A program made the position numbers and the translations under genes. The notes under the pieces were generated by a model, which was not told the origin of the DNA, searched no databases, and was given only the letters and a program-made list of their open reading frames with translations. This document shows, one piece after another, positions 26,203 to 39,571 of a stretch of DNA of 64,000 nucleotides. Numbering within the stretch: the stretch's first letter is position 1; each line of letters begins with the position of its first letter. The DNA comes from Eledone cirrhosa. Taxonomy: Eukaryota. The stretch spans positions 152,210,001 to 152,274,000 of the forward strand of contig OZ024741.1 in assembly GCA_964016885.1 (NCBI GenBank). The letters run 5' to 3'.

Positions 26203-26219
26203 GAAGGAATTTGTAGTTT

Positions 26220-26487
26220 ACTTGAAGCAGTGTATATGGTATAAAGAATTCGAAGTTGGAAAGCCACGACAATGCGGATTGGAAAATAATTAAATCGTAA
26301 GAAACGGAGGTTGATTTTTATCTTAATTTATTCATATGTCCTGATATAGCGAGATTAATATCTCTTCTTCCGAGGAAAATAAAGGAACTATTCCAGTGTT
26401 CGATGTGGCTTGCTATACCATGCTGGACGGACACTGGAATAATTCCGTCCAACCCGCATTATCGTGGCTTTCAAACTTCCAATTCTC
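26220..26487 (-). mobile_element. Short element with ~38-bp imperfect subterminal inverted repeats and a hammerhead-like motif; second copy at 47675-47945 (opposite strand)
   Basis: Near-identical reverse-complement copy at 47675-47945. Both copies lie between (TA)n and (GA/TC)n tracts. Confidence 0.75.
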
Positions 26488-26498
26488 GCTCTCTCTCT

Positions 26499-26588
<90 letters not shown>

Positions 26589-26799
26589 GGATATGAATCG
26601 AAGTTGTATCTGCTTTCTGATATATATATATATATATAATGTTGTATTATAATTAATCCTATGATGTGCCCCAAATGAATTTGTTGAACAAACAACTGTT
26701 TCTACTTTAGGCACAAGGCCAGCAATTACCCAGTGCATTACTGGTACTTTATTTTATCGACCCCAAATAACACTGTATATCGATATAAATCATTATTAT

Positions 26800-26975
26800 T
26801 GCAGTATTGGTCGAGAGTCGGACGCCATGCTTTCCAGTATAGTTACGTCCCTTTACGATCTGAGTTCAAATCCCGCCGAGGTTGACTTTGCCTTTCATCC
26901 TTACGGGGTCGATAAAATAAAGTACCAGTAATGCACTGGGTAATTGCTGGCCTTGTGCCTAAAGTAGAAACAATT
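26800..26975 (+). mobile_element. tRNA-derived SINE (with an inverted partial copy at 26698-26765)
   Basis: B-box GAGTTCAAATCC and family body. Confidence 0.85.
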
Positions 26976-27725
26976 ATTATAATTAACTCCCCAAATATTT
27001 CTTTAATTATGGTCGAGTGCTCCATATTTGGGATGTCATGCTGCTATATTAAGCTTACTGCAAATCCCAGTCAGTCCACCACTGCTGCTGACCAACTAAC
27101 AGCTAATGCCACATGTAGGATACTAGCCCCGACTTTAGTTGTAAGGTCGATTTTCGGAAATCCCTAAAAAAAACTGCTGACCGATGAGAATTCCCTAGTC
27201 CGGTATTTTCTGGTTATAGATATATCATTAATCGATGACCAGAGGATTCTCCATAAAATTTGAAGCAGTACTGCACCAGCCTAGAAGTGGATCGTGTTGC
27301 AGAAAAATAAATGTTTCTGTTGGTATGATGTGTGATAAAACAAGCAGCACAGATAGATGGACGAAAGAAAATAAAGAAAAAGAAAATAATGGTGTATGTT
27401 CTAAATAGAAAGCTAATCATAGCTATGATAAAGTTAAATGAAAAAACAATATTGCATCTGATCGAGATAAAGTGACAGTGTATTTGAATACATATAAAAA
27501 GGAGAAAACTCACCGCTAGAACAGCCGTTAAAACAGGTCTCTGTCCTCTGAGACATTTTTACCCATCGCCGTCTTTGACAGTGATGAGCTGTTTTAACAG
27601 CTGTTCTAGGGATGTGTTTTCTCATTTTTATATGTATTCAAATTAACTGTCGCTTCGTTTCGATAAGAGACAACATTATTTTTTAACATATATCTATATA
27701 TATATACATATTATGTTATATTATA

Positions 27726-27779
<54 letters not shown>

Positions 27780-28161
27780 TATGTATACGTAACATGTCTA
27801 CAGACGTACAGTAGTATGTATATATATATACATACATGCACACATATATATATGTACGTATGGATTCACCAAACATTTATTATAATGCTCGGTGTGTTTG
27901 TAAACAAACATCCCGTATTAAGCCGTAGTGTCCAGCAACCATCGTTGCTCGTTTGTTCAAAACTGACAAAGGAACGCTGTACCGAGCATTATAATAAATG
28001 TTTGGTGAATCCATACGTACATATGTATATGTGTGTATGTATGCATATATATATACATACTACTGTACGTCTGTATACATGGATGTATGTACATATACAT
28101 ACTTATATTTAAGTAACAGCCGTACTAAGAGTGGGAAATGAAATTTCGTTTCATTTTTTCC

Positions 28162-28201
<40 letters not shown>

Positions 28202-28207
<6 letters not shown>

Positions 28208-29312
28208 CGTAAAATAAGAAAAAATTTTTTAAAAATTTTAAAAAATTAACTTACTTAAATTTTCACTCCAACTAATTAGTTTCTGCAATGGGATAAAGAC
28301 AGTTACGTAATGAACTGTTGAGAATTTCATTGCGTCATCGGGGAGGTCTATTCTCAGCCAAGTCTCCAGGCAATGCGCGGACACTGGGGACTCATATAAA
28401 AATAATAATAATTCGGTAAATGGAACAGCTATCGAGGACTGGATTCCAGGCACTGAAAATTCTCACTGCCACTGGTCAAATGGCCGATTCTAAAGAATCA
28501 ATCACGTGACACAGAGGCTAGTCAGTAGGAATGGGATGGTAAGATGACAGACGCCTACTAACACCCCCAACTAATTAGTTGGAGTGAAAATTTAAGTAAG
28601 TTAATTTTTTAAAAAAATTTTTTTAAATTTTCTTATTTTACGTCTTTTATATTATTGTTCTGCATCCTCCTGCATTGAACCACCTATGTACTATGACATA
28701 ACCTGTGTATTTGCTGGCATTAGCGTACATCTGTGCGCTTATGTTAGTAGATATATTAAATTATCTATATTTATCTCCAAATCACTGATTTGTCGAGCAA
28801 ACCTGCCAAAACCACTACTAAATTTTTTTGGGGGTGTTAGTAGGCGTCTGTCATCTTACCATCCCATTCCTACTGACTAGCCTCTGTGTCACGTGATTGA
28901 TTCTTTAGAATCGGCCATTTGACCAGTGGCAGTGAGAATTTTCAGTGCCTGGAATCCAGTCCTCGATAGCTGTTCCATTTACCGAATTATTATTATTTTT
29001 ATATGAGTCCCCAGTGTCCGCGCATTGCCTGGAGACTTGGCTGAGAATAGACCTCCCTCGTGACGCAATGAAATTCTCAACAGTTCATTACGTAACTGTC
29101 TTTATCCCATTGCAGAAACTAATTAGTTGGAGTGAAAATTTAAGTAAGTTAATTTTTAAAAATTTTTTTTTTTAATTTTCTTATTTTACGTCTTTTATAT
29201 TATTGTTCTGCATCCTCCTGCATTGAACCACCTAGGTACTATGACATAACCTGTGTATTTGCTGGCATTAGCGTACATCTGTGCGCTTATGTTAGTAGAT
29301 ATATTAAATTAT
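28202..29312. repeat. Inverted copy + partial direct copy + full copy of a ~480-bp unit, embedded in (TA)n
   Basis: ORFs 28238-28453(-) and 28945-29175(+) are near-identical. 28570-28770 directly repeats 29118-29312. Confidence 0.9.
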
Positions 29313-29323
29313 CTATATATATA

Positions 29324-29434
<111 letters not shown>

Positions 29435-29516
29435 AAAGTTTTATTTAAGATTGTTGGGTTACAACGAGTAAATATTTTATAACTGATATAAAAGCACCAG
29501 TTTCTGGAGTAGGTTT

Positions 29517-30699
29517 ACGATATTAAACAAATGGAAACTATATTTATAAAACCATATTTATTTCGTTATATATATTTCTGGGATATCATATTAAAAATAT
29601 GTTATGCCTTCCTCAGACAAAATACAATACATAAGCTGTTTTATAAATAATTAGTGACATACCTTGTAATAATGCAACTTCCTTTTAAAAAGTTGATTTG
29701 ACCAAATCAACTTTTTAAAAGGAAGTTGCATTATTACAAGGTATGTCACTAATCTATATATATAAAACTGTGGTTGTCTGTCTGTCTATCGATTTTTGGC
29801 ACACATCTCCTCTTAGAATCTCTCACGGAATTGCACCGAAATTGCTATACTTGTACATTGAGCCCTAGCGAAGACATCGGAAAAAAAATATTTCAAATTG
29901 ACCCACCCTATGTGACGAAATCGAATATAATGTATCGATTTTTGAGCGTAAGTTATCAGTTATTTCCCTTTGTTCTGTTTACATTGAGCGTCTTACGTAA
30001 AAAATTACGCTGGCTTTCTCAGCGTTTAAAATGACATTAACACAATACGCGAACAGTTGTCGAGCCAGCAAAATATTGACCTGCAAAATTCATCAGTTCG
30101 AACACTAAGCTTCCGTTTTGCTTCATTTCCATTTAAAAGCATTTTAAAACAATATTTTTACTTGAATACAAGTCTATTTAAAGACTACGTAAAACAAGCA
30201 AATATTTCAGGCGTGCAGACAGACAGTCGTGCAGAGAGGTGATATAGGCGTGCAGACAGACATAACTGATAATTTGGTTACGCTAGTGTTTTTCTCTGCG
30301 TTGCAGTGTTTACATTTTCGATCTTTGTTAATAAATAACCAGTGCAGTTTTTATCCCCAGCATCCTCTTTTGTTATAACATTCGGGTTATCGTTATGTTT
30401 TCTTAACTTCATAAGGCATATTGTTGGTTGAGGGAATATTAATCAAAAACACCACATGCAAGTCTGCACAGTGGACACTACAGTTTTTAATCCAATAAAG
30501 AAACTTAACATTGTAACTTTAACACAGCTACTGAGCGACCCCGAGCAACGCCGGGCTTTACTGCTAGTTATTTATAAAACAGCTTATGTATTGTATTTTG
30601 TCTGAGGAAGGCATAACATATTTTTAATATGATATCCCAGAAATATATATAACGAAATAAATATGGTTTTATAAATATAGTTTCCATTTGTTTAATATC

Positions 30700-30700
<1 letters not shown>
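29517..30700. repeat. Palindrome (centre ~29701) with hammerheads in both arms; right arm interrupted by a Helitron
   Basis: 29517-29700 is the reverse complement of 29703-29752 joined to 30568-30700. Confidence 0.92.
29753..30567 (+). mobile_element. Non-autonomous Helitron
   Basis: Starts with TC and ends with a CCCGAGCAACGCCGGG hairpin plus CTAG. Inserted precisely between A and T with no target duplication; the empty site is visible in the opposite palindrome arm. Confidence 0.93.
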
Positions 30701-30747
<47 letters not shown>

Positions 30748-32489
30748 TATATCATATTATATTATATTTATATTATATTATATTACCGAGGTTATTGTCT
30801 TTCATCCTTACGGGGTCGATAAAATAAAGTACCAGTAATGTACTGACTAATTGCTGGCCTTGTGCCTAAAATAGAAACAATTATATTATATTATATTACA
30901 TTATATTATATTATATTATAGGGCCTGCTGAATGAGCACTCGATACATATATACTGACTTTAACTTTTATTTTCCAACGAAAAGGTTAGGAGTGACTTCG
31001 ATGCTTCATACGCGTGTGTATGACTGGTACCTGAAAAATGATATAGAATTTATTTTCTTGTGCATAAAATGTGTTCTTTAAAAGTTGGAACCGTTTTATA
31101 TTACTATGTAATTCACCTTTATCGGACAAATGCGGTAGAACTTAATGTTTGGCGTTCTTTCGTTTTTATCACATTTATCTCCGTTGAAGCAGGGCACGAA
31201 ATCTTGTCCTGTGTTGATTGCTTTCACCGTTGAGCTAGCCTTGTTCTCGTTGAGATGGCAAAGTTTAGCATTTATTGATGATGTCAACGCGGATTTATGG
31301 CAGTAGAATTGGTAGTTCGTGTTGGAATTATCTGGCATCGATCAATGAACTTGTTGCATTTCGAAATATTATATATGTTGAATACTTATCCGAATTGATA
31401 AGCTGGAGTTAAAGGCTTTGAAATATATGAAAGATACGGGTAACTTATATGTAGTATCAATGGCAAAGCTACGATGAATTCGAAAAATAAAATAGTTAAA
31501 AAGATATGCAATTTATCACCCTTTTGTTTGATGACAATGCCTCTTTTCTTAAGAAAAACCAAGAAGATTCTAGGCTACTATATGGTACAATTCAACCAAT
31601 ATTAGTTATTACACATTGTGAGTAATATGTTATTTACAAGCCATGATATCAAATGTATAGAGACCTAGCATATACAAAATTGACAATTTCACAGGAAACT
31701 AGGCTTACTTCTTCGGGACCTGATCATTTACTGGTCTTCTACAACCCCCAAATGTGGCCCTCAGTGGCGTACTTCTCACACACGTATTGGAACTGTCGTT
31801 GTTACATACACTAATATCTTAGTCCAGGGAGAAAATAATGATTTATAAATATTTATTCACCAAAGAATTCTATTTAAGCTCCAAAAGATGTGTTTACTTT
31901 TCAAAGTCAAAAGTTACTTCAGTGCAAATCTGTGGCTAAATTTCTTCAAAACAAAAGTAAGTTACATTTTGAGGTAATGAATACATTTATTGGACTTAGT
32001 ATTGTTTTTGTTCTTACTGCTCTGACCTGGATATATTTAGCTCGTATAGGTGAGTGACATATAGGAGGATTTAGGAGTGTTTTAATGATAGGACTCCCAG
32101 TTCCATAATCAAAGTATTGATTGCATATCTTTTGCTATGTATATAAGCAACACAATAGACATCAAATCGTCTTCACATATTCCACTGTCATACAGAAACA
32201 CTGTATCACAAACACCCCTGTATCACAGTTACTACTGCATCTTTAACTCCACTGTACCACAGATGCCGCTGTATTACAGACATAACTCTATCACAGAGAC
32301 AACACTGTCACACAGACAGTGTCATGTTATCGATTATTGATTAGAATAGTGAATATCCATGAACAAGACCTGTAGTAGGCAAAGAGAAAGACGATATGAC
32401 TCGAATTGTTGCAATAGAGTGAGCCCTTCTAAAGGCAATCGACAACCAGGTGGTGGTGTCAAAAGGAGCAACAGTTTATATCTATGGTC

Positions 32490-32925
32490 TAAGTAAGCCA
32501 CGGAGAGATTTGAACTCAGAAGTCAAAGAAGCGGAACAAAAAGAACTCTAACGATTCGGTCAGTCCACTTATCTATAAAAGATATAAGGCAAGGTTAATC
32601 AAAGCGGAATTCGAACTCAGAACGCAAAGAGCATAAGAAAAGGTGCAAGGAAACCCATTCAACGCTCTAGCCATTCCGCCATTCTCTATTTCTCGAGCCG
32701 GGAGAGATAAAAGGTAGAGTTAATTTCAGTGAGATTCGAACTCAGAACACAAAGAAAAGACGCTCTAACAATTCGACCAATTCACCGTACTTCATTTATC
32801 GAACGGAGAAAAATATAAAATAAATTTAGCTTTGGTGTGATTTGAACTCAGAAACCAAAGAGCCGGAATAAATATCATGAGACATTTCGTTCGACTGCCT
32901 AAGGACTCTGCCAATTTGCCGCATA
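32490..32925 (-). repeat. Four tandem, diverged SINE heads (tRNA B-box units, ~110-120 bp period)
   Basis: Repeated (GA/AA)TT(T/C)GAACTCAGAA...CAAAGA at ~32510, 32610, 32735 and 32840. Confidence 0.6.
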
Positions 32926-33789
32926 AAAACAATGTTGACTTTCTGTGGATTGATTTGTATCAGAGTACAATTCAGCAATAAATACTCATTTTGTAGACGA
33001 GCATGACCGAATGGTTAAAATCACAAGGTTCCGAGTTCAATCCCATTGCGTGGCATCTTGAGCAAGTACAATTTACGATATGCACGGGTTGACCCAAACA
33101 TCAAGAGAGACGTTGAGTAGACAGAAACTGTTCTGATTTCCCTCGGGTGAACTGTACTTGTAATTCAAATGGTAGCTTCTCTCACACTGAATATCCCGAC
33201 GAATTATGTTAATGTTACTTGTGTCTATGGAATGTTCAAATGCCCATTAATTTCACGTGCAGTTGGTTCCATTAATCGAAATAACTGTAATGCTCATCGT
33301 CGAAATCGACTGAGGTCTGTTATATTCCAGCTACACATTATATCGACCAAAGATAAATTAAAGACCACTAAGATTGGTTTTGATTTATACGGAATGACGT
33401 GATTACAAAGCAACTTACCGGCCAAGTTTGAATTTAAGGGAAATAACTCATTGCGTTCAGGGGAGGTAAATTCAGAATGAGTCTAAGGGGAATAATTAAG
33501 AAAAATAAATTTCTGTTTCGTCAAATGTATTTGTTGTAATATTTGTTTGTTTGTAATATTTGCCGTATCCCTTTGTCTAATCCGGAGATGGGTAATACGC
33601 CTGAAGAACGTTCCCTGAGAAGTGGAATAGCTGATGAAGTGTGTATCATTGGCTATTCTCCGTGGCAATACTTTCACCATCTTGTACGAATGTGTAGAAT
33701 TTTTCACTTCCCAGGATTTTTAATTTCTTTTTTTTTTCCTTTCTTTTTGTATAATAGATATCAGGTAATTATTTCCACAAATATAAAAC

Positions 33790-33826
<37 letters not shown>

Positions 33827-34439
33827 CATCAAGTATAAAATTTGTAGAAATTTGTTTTGTTTTTTTTCTACAAATTTCTACAAATTTCATACTTGACGGC
33901 CCAGTATGTATATATATATAAATATATATATAAATATATACATACATATATATATATAAATATCGTAATAACTTAGTAAATATCCGAAGTAGAGAGCAAA
34001 TCAAGATCAAGTCTGTAGAGCGAGTTTTAATATAATTATTAAGGCCAGTTACTACAACGGAGCCATACCAGGAACGTACATTTCGTTGACCTGCAGGACC
34101 AACTTTTTCAACCAATGCCGATGGAAACGAATAGTGATAAAATTAAAGAATTCTATAAAAACACGCTGTATATAAAAAAAAATAATAATAATAAAGCGTT
34201 TAAGATGCACCTCATGGTTTTTGTAAATACATGCAAATTTACATTCACGGCTAAAAGTATAGTTTTTTTTTAGTTTTTCAATAATAATAATGAAATTATT
34301 GTGTACAGTGCTCAGGTACACTACAACTCATCAAAGGTGCATGTATATTACTTAGAATAATGTACAAATGTCAGGAAAATGTACGAGAAAAGTGTATGAG
34401 TCATGATATACATGTGTGCGTGTGTATGGAGGGGAGATA

Positions 34440-34665
34440 TCAGGTATAGTGTTGGCGAATTTCAGGGAGCATGGAGGTTTTAAAGGACACAGTATCACGG
34501 CAGCTAACAACAGATGCAGGTAATTTGTTCCATGCTTCAGCAACTCTGAGCATGAAAAAATGTTTCCGAAAGTCATGAGAACTGTGCTGTTTTCTGACTT
34601 TGTAGGCATGCCCAAGTGTTAGACGCATGGAAATCAAAAAGATGCTCAGCGTTGTTGTTGGCAAG
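34440..34665 (-). mobile_element. CR1-group LINE 3' fragment
   Basis: GHAYKVRKQHS..FRKHFF.LRVAEAWNKLPASVV...TVSFK, the typical CR1/L2 ORF2 C-terminus. Confidence 0.75.
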
Positions 34666-34921
34666 ATGGTTAATAATTTTGTGGGTGTTTAATTTTGTTT
34701 TTTAAATGAGATGCAGAACTAAGCAGGTTTTTTTAAACAAATTAGATAAACATGATTATTTCTGCAAACCTTCCTTTAAAACAGACTTTAATATATTTGG
34801 TATGAACTAATTTCTCTTCGACGTGTACTGTAAATATGCACGTATTCATACATACATACATACATACATACATACATACATACATACATACATACATACA
34901 TACATACATACATACATACAT

Positions 34922-35380
34922 AGGAGAATATTTATGCAGAACTGATGAGAAATCTGCAGATACTCCACCCTGATTACACCTTCAGATTTATGCCTGTGAT
35001 TATTGGGGCACTGGGGTATGTTAGTAACTGCCTCAATACAAATCTTGAGAAGCTAGGCTTCACAGGACCAGAAAGAACACAACAAGTTAGGAAATTACAA
35101 GTACAATCCATTAATGGAACAGTAAAAATATGTAAAACATTCCAAAGATTTTGCATCTAATAACTGCATATACACAAGTACAGATACAAAGCATATACAC
35201 ATGCACACATACAACTCAAAACATACACATCCACACATACAATAACATCCATATCTACACATGCATGCATACGTATTCTACCTAGTTGATGTGTAAATTC
35301 CAATGAGAGAGTCTTGTGTTTATGTTAGAAACCGACTCTCTCTTTATTGGGAAAAAAAAAATGTTGTGAAATTATAAAAC
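34922..35380 (+). mobile_element. R4/Dong-clade (restriction-like endonuclease) LINE 3' fragment inside a (CATA)n array
   Basis: IYAELMRNLQILHP...PVIIGALG...LQVQSINGTVKICK is the RLE C-terminus. Flanked on both sides by CATA repeats. Confidence 0.7.
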
Positions 35381-35404
35381 ATACATACAAACATACATAC
35401 ATAC

Positions 35405-36541
35405 ATGGTGGCTGCCAACTCGTTTTCGAGTACGGCTACTACTTTATATCCATGTAGGAGAACCCCTACCGATGCGCTGAACGAGTGTGACTTTTTAGTC
35501 CAGCCAGCGACTTGAAAACTCTGGTACAAACACTACACTTGTGACAATTACTGACACATAGTGCTGGGCCCATGATACCATGTGACGACAAGTGCAGAGA
35601 GATCTCCAGATATAAAGCAATGCCTGTGCCGTGAAGCTTTTATAGTGAGCAAAGGCACTGCACAAAGCCAGTCCCACTCTCTTAACCAAGATGATATTTA
35701 CCAAAAAGAAGAACAAGTCAACATCATTGGATACCATCAGGGTTGCAGGTGTTATATCAGAGTTTTCCTTCTCCTAGAATTCTGCCTTGACAAAGGCTAA
35801 AGGTCATCTCTCCCGGTGATTTTGGATGGCCATTCACTCTTAAGAGCTCCTTTGCCCTTTGACAGGTTTTGTTTTTAGTCCTGCAGGATGTCCAAAGTCA
35901 CCCTCCTCACCAAGAAACCTTGGTGGGGTTGCCAGTTTAGTCTCCAACGACCCGACCATGAGACAGGTTGTACTGGGATACATGTTACCAGTAGCACCAA
36001 CTGGTGACCTGACATATATATACATACATACATATATATATACATACATATATATATATATACCAGTGGCGAAGGGTAACCTGGAAAGCAGGGCATGCAG
36101 TCCAATCGCCATGGTGGAAAGTGGGGCTGTGCTACCTTACCCTCCCCTTCCCTCTAAATGACCCTACCAGTCAAAGCCGAATGTAGTATTATATAGTGTG
36201 TGTGTGTGTGTGTTATCTTTTTATGTGTCTACGATTTAGCAAGCAGCCAAAATTCTGCTCGCTTCAACCGACGCAATTGTTCAACTCAAGATTCTATAAC
36301 GCATGCACTGAATGTGTTGCATGCACGGACCCTTCGCCCCTGATACATACATATATACATACATACATACATATATATATACAAACATATATACATATAT
36401 ACATACACATATACATACATACATACACACATACATACATACATACATATATATATATACATACACATATGGTGGCTGCCAACTCGTTTTCGAGTACGGC
36501 CACTGCTCTATATATATATATATATACATACATACATATAT

Positions 36542-36574
<33 letters not shown>

Positions 36575-36669
36575 TACATACATACATACACATATATACA
36601 TACATACATATATACATATACATACATACATATATACACATACATACATACACACATATATATACATAC

Positions 36670-36702
<33 letters not shown>

Positions 36703-36844
36703 CATATACATACATACACATATATACACACATACATACATATACATATATACATACATACATACACATATATATACATATATATATATATATACACATA
36801 TACATACATACACACACATATATACATACATACACATATATATA

Positions 36845-36876
<32 letters not shown>

Positions 36877-38021
36877 CACACATACATACATATATATACA
36901 TACATACATACATACATATACACACATACATACATATACATACATACATACATATATATACATATATATATATACATACATACATATACATACATACATA
37001 TACATATATACACACACATACATATACATACATACATACACATATATATACATATATATATATACACATATGGTGGCTGCCAACTCGTTTTCGAGTACGG
37101 CCACTACTTTATATCCATGTAGGAGAACCCCTACTGATGCGCTGAACGAGTGTGACTTTTTAGTCCAGCCAGCGACTTGAAAGCTCTGGTACAAACACTA
37201 CACTTGTGACAATTATTGACACATAGTGCTGGGCCCATGGTACCATGTGACGACAAATGCAGAGAGATCTCCAGATATAAAGCAATGCCTGTGCCGTGAA
37301 GCTTTTATAGTGAGCAAAGGCACTGCACAAAGCCAGTCCCACTCTCTTAACCAAGATGATATTTACCAAAAAGAAGAACAAGTCAACATCATTGGATACC
37401 ATCAGGGTTGCAGGTGTTATATCAGAGTTTTCCTTCTCCTAGAATTCTGCCTTGACAAAGGCTAAGGGGTCATCTCTCCCGGTGATTTTGGATGGCCATT
37501 GACTCTTAAGAGCTCCTTTGCCTTTTGACAGGTTTTGTTTTTAGTCCTGCAGGATGTCCAAAGTCACCCTCCTCACCAAGAAACCTTGGTGGGGTTGCCA
37601 GTTTAGTCGCCAACGACCCGACCATGAGACAGGTTGTACTGGAATACATGTTACCAGTAGCACCAACTGGTGACCTGACACAATATACACATATACATAC
37701 ATACATACACACACATATATACATACATACATACACATATATATATACATACATATATATATACATACATACATATATATATATATATACACACATACAT
37801 ACATACATATACACACATACATACATATACATACATACATACATATATATACATATATATATATACAACATACATATACATACATACATACATATACATA
37901 TATATATACACACATACATATACATACATACATACACATATATATACATATATATATATACACATATACATACATACATACACACACATATATACATACA
38001 TACACATACATATATATACAT

Positions 38022-38110
<89 letters not shown>

Positions 38111-38570
38111 AACGAGTAGGACCCAGACGGCTGAGCTCAAGCCGTTTCGACGGCTAATATATGGTGGCTGCCAACTCGTTTTCGAGTACGGCCACTACTT
38201 TATATCCATGTAGGAGAACCCCTACCGATGCGCTGAACGAGTGTGGCTTTTTAGTCCAGACAGCGACTTGAAAACTCTGGTACAAACACTACACTTGTGA
38301 CAATTATTGACACATAGTGCTGGGCCCATGGTACCATGTCATGACAAGTGCAGAGAGATTTCCAGATATAAAGCAATGCCTGTGACATGAAGCTTTTATA
38401 GTGAGCAAAGGCACTGCACAAAGCCAGTCCCACTCTCTTAACCAAGATGATATTTACCAAAAAGAAGAACAAGTCAACATCATTGGATACCATCAGGGTT
38501 GCAGGTGTTATATCAGAGTTTTCCTTCTCCTAGAATTCTGCCTTGACAACGGCTAAGAGGTCATCTCTCC
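35405..38570 (-). mobile_element. Cluster of ~610-bp bipartite RTE-derived non-autonomous elements (35405-36012, 37070-37680, partial 38160-38570) separated by TA/CA-rich arrays
   Basis: The 5' part has the RTE 5'-UTR motif CTAGGAGAAGGAAAACTCTG. The 3' part encodes a C2H2 relic [22 protein letters not shown] followed by an (ATGT)n tail. The copies are near-identical. Confidence 0.75.
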
Positions 38571-39526
38571 ATACATACATACATACATACATACATACAT
38601 ACATACATACATACATACATACATACATACATACATACATGATGATGGCTTTCCCCTCCTTATCGAGTATGGCCATTACACGATATACCATTATTAGTGA
38701 CTATTAGTTCTATCGTGCAATGCCTGTGCGTGAAGATTTTTTTTAAAGTGAGGAAAGACTGCGTACTGAGCCAATCCCACTCCCTGAGCGACAGTAGCTA
38801 TAACCCGAAAAGAAGAAAAGATCAACATCATCGGTAACTACTGAGCCGCAGGTTTTACGTCGGAGTTATCTCAGTTTCCTGATTTGCCTTCTCCTAGAAG
38901 AATGCCCTGACAATGGCTAGGGGTCCTTCACTCCCAGTGGTTTAACCGCGCGATCGGGTATCCAGCCCGACTATTTCTATGCCCCCACGCATATACATAC
39001 ACATGCACACATGCATATACATATATACATATACATACATATGTATATACATATTTACACATTTTTGGATGGCCGTTGACTCTTACGATACAGATTGTAC
39101 TGGGTTACATGTTATCAGTAGCACTTGAGAGCAACCTAACATACATACATACATATCTCTTTCCAATATAAAGCGTGAAACTAATGAGACTTGTTGTACC
39201 TCTGTTTGTTGTCTCTTTGAACTCTATGTATATAGGCAGTGAATTGGCAGTCGTTAAAACGTCGGATAGAATGCTTTACGGTATTCGTCCCATCTCATTG
39301 CACGCTCTGAGTTCAAATCCCTGCGGGGTCAACTTTGCCTTTCATCCTTTCGAGGTCGATAAAAATAGTACCATTACTGGGGTCAATTCTTCCTCTATAG
39401 AAAACATATTGGCTGTGTTCAGACCTGGAGAGGGTTGGGCTCCACCAGGTTTAAAAGTGCCCTAGTCACGCCGTATGGCGGTGCCTCTACAACTCCACAT
39501 GGAGTTATGGGATCTTTATCCTTACC

Positions 39527-39571
<45 letters not shown>

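Noticed and set aside
36196-38140. Long YIHT/MYVC-rich ORFs
   Set aside because: They are artefacts of TA/CA microsatellites, as are the many similar ORFs elsewhere in the window.
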